Part shown: positions 14,753-22,326 of the stretch, one piece after another
Layout: each line of letters begins with the position of its first letter
Numbering within the stretch: position 1 is the first letter of the stretch
Assembly (NCBI GenBank): GCA_016208805.1
Contig: JACQXL010000155.1
Span: 1 to 42,758 of the forward strand
Reading direction: 5' to 3'
DNA length: 42,758 nucleotides
Origin: Planctomycetota bacterium
GTDB lineage: Bacteria > Planctomycetota > MHYJ01 > JACQXL01
Position numbers and translations under genes: made by a program
Notes under the pieces: model-generated
Databases searched by the model: none
What the model saw: only the letters and a program-made list of their open reading frames with translations
Told to the model about the DNA's origin: nothing

Positions 14753-15751
14753 ATGTATAGTAAAGCAGTCAAATATAAGAAGAAGACAAAAAAGAGACCC
14801 CAAATGGTACGAGAATTACAAGCCGAATATCAAGTTGCTACGTTGCCCATGGAAGAAAATCAGTTAGGACCAGTTATAAATAAAATTATCTGCGGTGATT
14901 CAGGGGAACTACTAAGGAAATTACCGAGTAATTTCGTTCATTTAATTATAACAAGTCCTCCTTATTTTGGTTGCAGGAGTTATGGCAATGAAACATTAGG
15001 CAGAGAAGAATCGCCTTTGGACTATGTTAATAATTTATTGAGATTTACTATTGAATTAAAAAGAGTCTTGCATAAAGAAGGATCTTTTTACTTGAATATC
15101 GGCGATGTTTATTTTGGAACCAAAGGGTTTATTAGAAATAAAGGAAGATACGCAAGAAAAACAGATATCCATTACAAAGAACATAAAATAATAAAACCTG
15201 ATGGTAAATATCTTCAATATAAGCAACTTTTAATGCTCCCCGAAAGAGTTGCCATGGGAATGCAAGAACAAGGATGGGTTTTACGCAATAAAATAATCTG
15301 GGAAAAACCTAATCCCGTGCCTTCTTACTCTCCTGATAGACGGTATCCTGTTTATGAACATATTTTTCATTTTGTAAAATCCAGAAGATATTACTTTGAT
15401 TTAGAAATTGCCAAAAAATTAAACAACCATAGAGACATTTACCGAAATGGTATTGAACCGTTCAAGGAACATCAGGCATCATACCCTGTTTCTCTTATAA
15501 AACCTTTAATTCTAACCACTTCAAAAGAGAATGATATTGTGTTAGACCCTTTTATGGGTAGTGGCACTACGGCAGTCGCTGCGATACTTAATAATCGCCG
15601 TTTTATCGGACTTGAAATTAATCAGGGGTTTTGCAAGATAGCCGAAGAAAGAATCAAAGAAACACAATCTTTGATAAATAACCGTTTACACCTTCAGGAT
15701 AAGCAATTAAATTGGAGTAAATCTTATGACGAAAAACAGATTATTTTCTAA
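14753..15751 (+). CDS. beta-class DNA amino-methyltransferase (N4-cytosine or N6-adenine; the SPPY motif favours N4-C)
   Basis: Motif IV IITSPPY lies near the N-terminus and motif I LDPFMGSGTT near the C-terminus, which is the beta permutation. The INKIICGDSGELLRKLP context also fits. The true start may be an internal Met (for example MVRELQ at 14804). Confidence 0.85.
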   Translation: MYSKAVKYKKKTKKRPQMVRELQAEYQVATLPMEENQLGPVINKIICGDSGELLRKLPSNFVHLIITSPPYFGCRSYGNETLGREESPLDYVNNLLRFTIELKRVLHKEGSFYLNIGDVYFGTKGFIRNKGRYARKTDIHYKEHKIIKPDGKYLQYKQLLMLPERVAMGMQEQGWVLRNKIIWEKPNPVPSYSPDRRYPVYEHIFHFVKSRRYYFDLEIAKKLNNHRDIYRNGIEPFKEHQASYPVSLIKPLILTTSKENDIVLDPFMGSGTTAVAAILNNRRFIGLEINQGFCKIAEERIKETQSLINNRLHLQDKQLNWSKSYDEKQIIF

Positions 15752-16886
15752 TAGCGATTATGTCAATTACTTAAAAGCGATTTGTTCGTTATCTAGATTA
15801 TTTACGGAGTCAAATATTCCTTATTTATATTATAGGGTTGCCGAGAATATATTTTGCAAGGCATTTGGTGCGGAAAATTTATCAAGAGATAATTTAGCAT
15901 ATGATGCGCGTGTAGGCGAGATAGGCATTGGAGTAAAGACATTTATTGATAAAGGAACGAATCCAGAAAAAATTACAGAGTTTAATGTATTTAGTAACCA
16001 ATTAAGGCGGTTGAATGGTAATGACCTTGCGGTTAAATTAGCGGAATTAAGAAATGAAAGGATTGACTTTGCAAATAGAACCTATGGAATTAAATCGGCT
16101 GTTTATCATTGTATCGCGCGAAAAGAAAAGTCATTAAGAATTTTTGAGACAGATTATGACTTAATTGATATCCCTAATATTAAAAAGACAAAATCCCGTG
16201 AAGCAAGTATTTTATTTGAGGATGGAAAAAATGAATATTCTTTTAACTTCTCCAAAACCACTTTATTTAAGAAATTTTATACTCCTCGTAATGCACTAAT
16301 AGTTGACATTGAAATATTAAACGACCCTTTAGCGCTTGTTTTACAATTATTTAATCAGCAAATTACGAAGCTATTAAAACGTAAAATAAAAGGAGTTAAT
16401 TTTGTAATTTTACCGTTGTACTCTTTAAGGGAAAGTAAAATTGGTCATAAAGTTGTTTCTGCGAAAAGTGGTCTAAATCAATGGAATGCGGGAGGTAGGC
16501 CAAGAGATACGGGAGAGGTTTATATTCCTGTGCCTAAGACCATTCACAATAAATTCCCAAGATTTTTCCCGAGTAGAGAAACGCCGTTTAACTTACATCT
16601 GCCTACCAGCGAAGTACTAAATGCGAAACTCTGTCAGGAAAACTCAAAAGCATTAATGACTAATCCTAATAATGCGCTTTCAGATTGGTTGTTAAGAAAA
16701 GTTTTGAAACTTAAAGACGGTGAATTACTTACCTATGAGCGGCTACGTTTATTAGGAATAGATAGCGTTAGAATTACTAAGATAAATGACCAGAATTTTA
16801 AGATTGATTTTACCAAAATTAACAGTTTTGATGACTTTGTAGAAGACAAAGACGAAACCGAGGAGATATATTATGACTTCAGATAA
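15726..16886 (+). CDS. putative restriction endonuclease/nuclease partner of the methyltransferase (family not recognised)
   Basis: It overlaps the MTase stop by 26 nt and has the same AT-rich composition. A possible PD-(D/E)xK-like segment is AYDARVGEIGIGVKTF. The call rests mainly on position. Confidence 0.5.
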   Translation: MTKNRLFSNSDYVNYLKAICSLSRLFTESNIPYLYYRVAENIFCKAFGAENLSRDNLAYDARVGEIGIGVKTFIDKGTNPEKITEFNVFSNQLRRLNGNDLAVKLAELRNERIDFANRTYGIKSAVYHCIARKEKSLRIFETDYDLIDIPNIKKTKSREASILFEDGKNEYSFNFSKTTLFKKFYTPRNALIVDIEILNDPLALVLQLFNQQITKLLKRKIKGVNFVILPLYSLRESKIGHKVVSAKSGLNQWNAGGRPRDTGEVYIPVPKTIHNKFPRFFPSRETPFNLHLPTSEVLNAKLCQENSKALMTNPNNALSDWLLRKVLKLKDGELLTYERLRLLGIDSVRITKINDQNFKIDFTKINSFDDFVEDKDETEEIYYDFR

Positions 16887-17943
16887 CAAACCACTTGAGG
16901 AGTTACCGACTCCTCGTTACTCAAAAGAAGAATGCGAAAAGATTGTCCAATATCTTATGAGCGTTAAGAGTGATTTAATTCGGGGATTCCTCGCAAGTCA
17001 TAATATCCTTGTTTCAGGAAAAAAACAGGAACTCCGTGAACGTGTAGAACAATGTCTCAAGGATGAGGAATTAGAGTATAAGGACTTGGTGAATTTTATA
17101 GACACGGTTGCGCCCTGTGGTAAGCAACATATCATTCTTTACGAAGGGCCGGAGTCGCAAGCGAAAAAGTGGAAGACAGACGGATATGTTAATAAGGTGT
17201 TAAAAGAAAAAGGGCTTTCAGAATACTTAAACGCCCGGCTGCCCCTGATACTGCCGGAGGTTCTGACTATTTCCTCAATCACCTATAAACCGGGCGAGGA
17301 ATTGAAGGTCTATGCCGTGGAGCGGCGCGATGATACCGACCGAAGAGAAGACCTTGATAAGGAAGAAACAATAGGCAATGAAAAGATTGAGTTCAGGGCG
17401 TATGCGCCCCAGGTCACTCGCGGTGTTGTTATTTTCACCTGGGATTTTCTTGGCAATACTGCGATGCTCCAGATTTCGCAACTGCCCAGCGGCTCGGCAT
17501 ACGAAGGAAAAGAGGAGAAATTTGCCGGGTTGATTAACGGCTGTTTAGATATGAACCAATTTGAGAAGATAGACATAAGGAGGGCTGTTAAAAAACTCAA
17601 TCAACTGGAGGCGGAAGACAAGCCGGAGGCGCGCTCGCACAGCATCGGCTATCACTCTCCCGGCGGCAGGAAACTTGATATCAAGAGCCCCTCATTGAGC
17701 CAGTCAGTTTTAGGCGAGAGTGCCTGGGACCACGGCTTAGGCGAGATACGAAAAGGGTCAATCGGGCACAGCGGCAACTTTTACTGGCTTGAGTCTTCCC
17801 AAAGCCCGGTTGACCATAACCCGCTTGAAGGAGAAGTCCATACTATCATTGTTGGCAGTAAAAGTCGGATAAATTTCACCACGCCCAATAGAAAAGAAGA
17901 TATAGAGTATGTTCTTTCCAGAGTGCGAGCGCTTAGCAAGTAG
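16873..17943 (+). CDS. SAP-domain protein with a large uncharacterised C-terminal region
   Basis: Residues ~33-62, LIRGFLASHNILVSGKKQELRERVEQCL, fit the SAP helix-extended loop-helix DNA-binding motif. The remaining ~290 aa are unassigned. It overlaps the upstream gene by 14 nt. Confidence 0.6.
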   Translation: MTSDNKPLEELPTPRYSKEECEKIVQYLMSVKSDLIRGFLASHNILVSGKKQELRERVEQCLKDEELEYKDLVNFIDTVAPCGKQHIILYEGPESQAKKWKTDGYVNKVLKEKGLSEYLNARLPLILPEVLTISSITYKPGEELKVYAVERRDDTDRREDLDKEETIGNEKIEFRAYAPQVTRGVVIFTWDFLGNTAMLQISQLPSGSAYEGKEEKFAGLINGCLDMNQFEKIDIRRAVKKLNQLEAEDKPEARSHSIGYHSPGGRKLDIKSPSLSQSVLGESAWDHGLGEIRKGSIGHSGNFYWLESSQSPVDHNPLEGEVHTIIVGSKSRINFTTPNRKEDIEYVLSRVRALSK

Positions 17944-18880
17944 ACATCCTGACTTGAAAGATATAATTATCCGGATAGACGAATTATTGTCATCCTGCGG
18001 GCATTCGTCTGTTTTTAATCCGGATGACATCGCCAGTTTATTCGGGGAAAGGGAAAGCCGTATCCGAGGTGTCTTTGAGGGTCTGGTAAAAACGGGTTTA
18101 GTCCAAGAGGTAAAATATTTGGAATGTCCTGAATGCGAGACCCTGCTGGAGATTGCGTCTCGTGAAAAAGCCATAGAGAAAGAAGAAGATTTTGAATGCA
18201 CGCAATGCCAGAAAGACCTTTCCGGCTTGGCTCTTACTGAAACTACGAGGTATAGATTAAATCCGGCAATTAAAAATGTCCGGATAAGTCAACCAGTCCA
18301 ACAGTCCGCTCCAAAAACAGAACCTTCCCCCAAAATATATTCTTATGTTATTACCGAGAATGACCGCCAAGACCTGACGCAAGAACTGTATAAGAATTTT
18401 ATTGGCGATGTTGAGAAGAATCATTCTTACGATATGTTTATTGACGGCGTCAGAGATAATCGTCCCTGTTATAAAAAAGATAAAAACGGAAAAATAAAAA
18501 AGAGTAATCTTACTATAATAGGATTTGCAATTACCCGGGAATATATTGAAACTGGTAAAGCAATGCTTCCGGGCGCTACAGAATCAATCAAGCAATATAA
18601 TAAAGCCGCAAAAGAAGCAAAAGAAGCCCGTGGCGGGCGACTTGACAAGGAGAAAATTGGCGATGGCACAGCGCTGGATTATTTGGAAGATGCCCGCCGT
18701 AAGGTGGACATTAATCTTGGGCAAGGTAAGGGGTTTCGTGCATTTAAGCGCGGCAAAGAAATAAGCATATCTACCGCGTCCGACATCTTCCAGTTCAAGC
18801 CGCCACCAGACCTAAAATATGCTCTTATCTGCCCTGCCGAATCTCTCTCATCTACTCCATTGGCTACGGATAAAAAATAA
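17909..18880 (+). CDS. uncharacterised protein with wHTH-like N-terminus and a CPEC..CTQC zinc ribbon
   Basis: GVFEGLVKTGLVQEVKYLECPECETLLE..FECTQCQ, followed by a Lys-rich C-terminal half. It overlaps the upstream gene by 35 nt. Confidence 0.55.
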   Translation: MFFPECERLASRHPDLKDIIIRIDELLSSCGHSSVFNPDDIASLFGERESRIRGVFEGLVKTGLVQEVKYLECPECETLLEIASREKAIEKEEDFECTQCQKDLSGLALTETTRYRLNPAIKNVRISQPVQQSAPKTEPSPKIYSYVITENDRQDLTQELYKNFIGDVEKNHSYDMFIDGVRDNRPCYKKDKNGKIKKSNLTIIGFAITREYIETGKAMLPGATESIKQYNKAAKEAKEARGGRLDKEKIGDGTALDYLEDARRKVDINLGQGKGFRAFKRGKEISISTASDIFQFKPPPDLKYALICPAESLSSTPLATDKK

Positions 18881-19018
18881 AAGACCCCTCTTTCCCATTA
18901 CCGGTTAGATAATAAATTTCCTGTCAAAATCCTCTGGTCATCCCCTCATTTTCCCCTCGTCTTTGTGTAATATATGGTTAGGGAACACATAAGGTGTTTC
19001 TGGAAGGAGTATATTACT

Positions 19019-19591
19019 ATGATAGATGAAAAATGCTATGCGAAATGCTTCAGCGCAAAGGATTTTGAGAAACTGCTCAGACACGGGGAAACCAATGATA
19101 TGGAATGGTTCAGACCTGTCTTTGGATTGCTTCAGAATAAGATAGGATGGTTAAGACAGGAGCAATTCTCTAAACCCGGCGGTATTGTGGAGAGTATCGT
19201 TGCATTCCAAGGATTAAAGGAACTGAATATCAGGAATGAAGTTACAGATAAATTAGTGAAGATATTCAGACGCAACCCGGCAATCAGGGAAGGTATGATA
19301 TCATATCTGTTTCTATTGATGATACCGCCACTGAAGAATATCGGCTGTCATTATTGTGAAACAATTATGCCGGTCTATGACCCTTTTTCTGAGGCGTATT
19401 TTGGGGATTATAAGGCAATAGCCAAGGGTAAATTTAAGAAAGGTGACATCATACTGGCAAGTATTATCCGCCGTGTCAGGGCGCATCTCTTTCGTTTATC
19501 CCAAAGGGAAAGCAAACTCAACCGATTCAGAAGTAGTATATCAATAGAAGAGATTGAACAAAGTCTTGATAAGGATGATGATTGGGAATAA
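19019..19591 (+). CDS. hypothetical protein (190 aa)
   Basis: The ATG at 19019 has GGAAGGAG 8 nt upstream; the track start at 18974 is less likely. It is AT-rich like the preceding four genes. No family recognised. Confidence 0.5.
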   Translation: MIDEKCYAKCFSAKDFEKLLRHGETNDMEWFRPVFGLLQNKIGWLRQEQFSKPGGIVESIVAFQGLKELNIRNEVTDKLVKIFRRNPAIREGMISYLFLLMIPPLKNIGCHYCETIMPVYDPFSEAYFGDYKAIAKGKFKKGDIILASIIRRVRAHLFRLSQRESKLNRFRSSISIEEIEQSLDKDDDWE

Positions 19592-19594
19592 TAG

Positions 19595-19929
19595 CCACAG
19601 ATAAAAAATAACCTGTGGCAAGAAAGGACAAACTTATGTTTAAGTCAATGTCCGGTTTCTGGCGGAAGGTTGTTAAGGCGATAATTGAAATCGTCTTGGA
19701 CCTGCTCCAGAAAAGGAACCACAGATGAACACGAGCCACAGATTACACAGATTCGCTTTGTGGACTTTGTGGTGAAAACAACCACAGTCCGGTCGGGGCT
19801 GTCTACAGGTGCCACCCCGAAACAACATCGGGGAGCAAGGCACAGACAGCCCCTCCGGCTGTTTATATAAACAACGGAATTTAACCGATTGAACAGATTT
19901 TCCGTTCAATCCTGCTTAATCCTGTTGTT
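19595..19929. repeat. dense cluster of CCACAGAT/CACGGATT/AATCCTGTTGTT word-like palindromic repeats
   Basis: Contains the CCACAGATAAAAAATAACCTGTGG hairpin (19595-19618), CCACAGATGAACACGAGCCACAGATTACACAGATT..CTTTGTGGACTTTGTGGTG (19719-19780) and TTAATCCTGTTGTT (19916-19929). Related copies occur at 980-998, 8051-8074, 13650-13700 and 20738-20805. Confidence 0.7.
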
Positions 19930-19944
19930 AGAAAGGAAACGAAA

Positions 19945-20736
19945 ATGATACACACTAAAATACTGGTTCCGGTTGCGCCGTCCGTGACGCCGCACCCGGA
20001 TATGTCCACCAAGCGCGTGGAGACGCTCAAGAATGATGCGGAGATTATCAATGACCGGCGTAAGGCCCGTGTGCCGGACGAGGGCACCTATGCCCAGTTG
20101 ATTTCTCCGGCGGCGGATAAGTTTAAGGAACGGGTTAACTTCCCGACCCCGACCCAGGGAGACCGTAACGCCGATGACATCTACACGATGCAACGTTCCA
20201 AAATCACCAGGGCCTACACCAAATATAACGATGGCCTTGACTATGCCTTTGAGGAGGTGGATGGAGTCGTTGCCAAACGGTTTAAGGACAAGGTTGACGC
20301 CTCGCAGTCCAACTGGGACGAAGAGGCGGCCAAAGGGACTTTACGATTTACCGGCTCACGCGCCAGAGGCCGTCAGGTTGCATCCGTGATGGGTTACTGG
20401 CTGACCGGCGACCAGCAGGCGCTTCAGCGACTGCCGGAAGGCTCCATTGTTGTGGCCGGCGGTCCTTATGACATCGCCCTGGCAGACCTTAAGGCAACCT
20501 TAAGGACGTCTATGACCCAAATCCTCGTCCAGACCGGGATAATTATCTCGGAGTCGGGCTATCACCCGGATATGTTCACCCGGCATAACACTAGAATTAA
20601 GAATATGCTGGAGAAACTGTCCGACCCGCTCAAGGCCGCGGCCTGGGTAACAACCAGAATAGCGGATAAGTCCTACTGCGTCTGGTTCGTGGAGGACGGG
20701 CAACTGAAACTGGAGACACAGATTTATACGGCGTAG
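19945..20736 (+). CDS. hypothetical protein (263 aa)
   Basis: Long ORF with AAAGGAAA upstream and GC-richer codon usage than the 14.7-19.6 kb block. No family recognised. Confidence 0.5.
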   Translation: MIHTKILVPVAPSVTPHPDMSTKRVETLKNDAEIINDRRKARVPDEGTYAQLISPAADKFKERVNFPTPTQGDRNADDIYTMQRSKITRAYTKYNDGLDYAFEEVDGVVAKRFKDKVDASQSNWDEEAAKGTLRFTGSRARGRQVASVMGYWLTGDQQALQRLPEGSIVVAGGPYDIALADLKATLRTSMTQILVQTGIIISESGYHPDMFTRHNTRIKNMLEKLSDPLKAAAWVTTRIADKSYCVWFVEDGQLKLETQIYTA

Positions 20737-20737
20737 C

Positions 20738-20805
20738 GTGAAACCACAGATAAACACAGATGGACACGGATTAATCTCTGTGTCCTCTGTGCCTCTGTGG
20801 ATAAT
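20738..20805. repeat. imperfect palindromic CCACAGA..CTCTGTGG repeat
   Basis: CCACAGATAAACACAGATGGACACGG-ATTAAT-CTCTGTGTCCTCTGTGCCTCTGTGG; the two arms are roughly complementary. Confidence 0.7.
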
Positions 20806-20817
20806 GGAGATAAGACA

Positions 20818-21036
20818 ATGAAGCAATGCGAAGCATTAACCAAGAAAGGTAAACGGTGTAAAAACCCGGCTTTCTATCTGGATGAAGAAACCAAATTGTA
20901 TGTATGTCCCGATCATAAGTTCGGGAATGCGAAAGGAGTGAATCATTATGGCAAGGACTTTGTACGACCGACTCAACGAAATCAAAACCAAGCACTTAAA
21001 CCCGCAATCGGTTACGGGCGAAAAAGTCGCGCTTAA
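20818..21036 (+). CDS. small Cys/His-containing protein (72 aa), overlaps the next gene by 89 nt
   Basis: MKQCEALTKKGKRCKNPA..YVCPDHK suggests a small zinc-binding fold. The 3' third overlaps the 20948 CDS in another frame, so whether it is real is uncertain. Confidence 0.35.
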   Translation: MKQCEALTKKGKRCKNPAFYLDEETKLYVCPDHKFGNAKGVNHYGKDFVRPTQRNQNQALKPAIGYGRKSRA

Positions 21037-22045
21037 CGCGATAGAGGAAAAGCATATCAAGGATAACTCGGTCACCAGGCGCAAGATTGTTGACGGCGTC
21101 ATCGGCAAGGACGAGATAGCGGACGGCTCGGTTGTTACCAGCAAACTGGCCGGCAGTGCCGTAACCACGGACAAGATAGCGGATACGGTGATTAGCACGG
21201 CCAAACTGCAGGATGGCAGTGTTACCGCGCCCAAGATTGCATCCGGCGCAATCACCACGGATAAGATTGCTAACGGCGCGATTACCAGGGACAAGGTGGC
21301 CGACCGTTCAGTTGGAACCGATGATTTGGTGGATGGCGCTGTGACCAATCCCAAGATTGCGACCAATGCGGTAACGCAAGGAAAAATTGCGCCAAATTCT
21401 ATAGGTGGTAGCGAGTTGATAGACGGCGCAGTTGCCGAGCGGGAACTATCTTCAGCCGCAGTAACACCGGTTAAACTATCCGCCATTGATGCGCCCGCAG
21501 ACGGCGAGGTGCCCGCCTATAATCAGGCACAGGCAAAGTTTGAGTGGAAACCGGCCGCTGGTGTGAGCCGACCATTAGTCCCGCCAATCGCCACTGCAGA
21601 AATAGGAGACGCCCAGGTGACACCGGCGAAACTCTCATTTACTCCGGTCAGCAGACCGCTTGTCCCGCCGGCTACCCCTGCTGAGATGGAAGACAGATTC
21701 TCCATCGCCCTGAACGTCCTGGTGTTTTCTAATCTCACTAATGCCTCAGTGCCGAATACCGAGATAGACGTTTCGGGATACGTGCCACCGGATACGAGAT
21801 ACGCGATATGCGTTATGACGCACGCGGGCGCCAGTACGATACTCTACGGCTACAAGGCCCAGTTTTATACCAAGCCGACCGTTGACCCGGCCCCGCTGTA
21901 TCGGTTAGACACGGCGGCTAAGGACTTCACCAATTACCTGACGGTGTTAGTTCCGTTGGACGCGAACAGACGTTTTGTAACATCAGTATACCGTGACGGT
22001 GTAACTACTACTGCAGAATTATACTTGATGGGGTATGTCAGGTAA
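20948..22045 (+). CDS. tail-fibre-like / surface protein with ~15 tandem decapeptide repeats ([VI]TxxK[IL]AxG[AS])
   Basis: AAAGGAG lies 9 nt upstream. Residues ~20-178 are a 10-aa periodic array (VTTDKIADTV ISTAKLQDGS VTAPKIASGA ITTDKIANGA ...), as seen in phage tail fibres. The C-terminal ~185 aa are non-repetitive. Confidence 0.65.
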   Translation: MARTLYDRLNEIKTKHLNPQSVTGEKVALNAIEEKHIKDNSVTRRKIVDGVIGKDEIADGSVVTSKLAGSAVTTDKIADTVISTAKLQDGSVTAPKIASGAITTDKIANGAITRDKVADRSVGTDDLVDGAVTNPKIATNAVTQGKIAPNSIGGSELIDGAVAERELSSAAVTPVKLSAIDAPADGEVPAYNQAQAKFEWKPAAGVSRPLVPPIATAEIGDAQVTPAKLSFTPVSRPLVPPATPAEMEDRFSIALNVLVFSNLTNASVPNTEIDVSGYVPPDTRYAICVMTHAGASTILYGYKAQFYTKPTVDPAPLYRLDTAAKDFTNYLTVLVPLDANRRFVTSVYRDGVTTTAELYLMGYVR

Positions 22046-22050
22046 CTCAG

Positions 22051-22078
22051 CCCCGCACATAATAAGTTATGTACGGGG
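22051..22078 (+). terminator. hairpin after the fibre-like gene (CCCCGCACATAA-TAAG-TTATGTACGGGG)
   Basis: 11 of 12 bp pair in the stem, 6 nt after the stop. There is no clear U-tract. Confidence 0.35.
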
Positions 22079-22136
22079 TCTAAGACCCAGTAACGCTCTC
22101 CCGACATTCGTCGGGATTGCTAACTGGCTCTAAGAG

Positions 22137-22211
22137 AAGTTTGTGACCAGCGTTTACAGGGATGGGGTGACCACGGCCGCAGAGTTGTATCTAATGGGCT
22201 ATATCAGGTAG
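22137..22211 (+). pseudogene. orphan 3'-end fragment homologous to the last 24 codons of the 20948 CDS
   Basis: It translates to KFVTSVYRDGVTTAAELYLMGYIR*, against RFVTSVYRDGVTTTAELYLMGYVR* at 21971-22045. An in-frame TAA lies just upstream and there is no start codon. Confidence 0.7.
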
Positions 22212-22326
22212 GTAAGGAAAAATGGAAAAAGTGGGAAAAGGGGAAATTACCATTTTTCCTTCTTTCCCCTTTTTCCTTTCGTGTTTTCGTGGTATGGTTC
22301 TTGGTGCCTTTGTGGTGAAGCCAACT

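Noticed and set aside
14457-19616. ATAAAAAAT 9-mer found at both edges of the AT-rich block, as possible att-like direct repeats
   Set aside because: It is low-complexity A/T sequence in an AT-rich context, too short to distinguish from chance, and there is no adjacent integrase.
20836-21486. 216-aa minus-strand ORF
   Set aside because: It lies exactly antisense to the decapeptide-repeat region of the 20948 CDS. Its low-complexity S/T/A/V-rich translation mirrors the repeat. It has no RBS or independent motif.
21971-22211. Could the fibre 3' end plus downstream copy be a diversity-generating retroelement VR/TR pair?
   Set aside because: The differences are spread over all four bases and are mostly synonymous third positions, not adenine-specific. 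The copy is only ~75 nt long, and there is no reverse transcriptase gene in the window.
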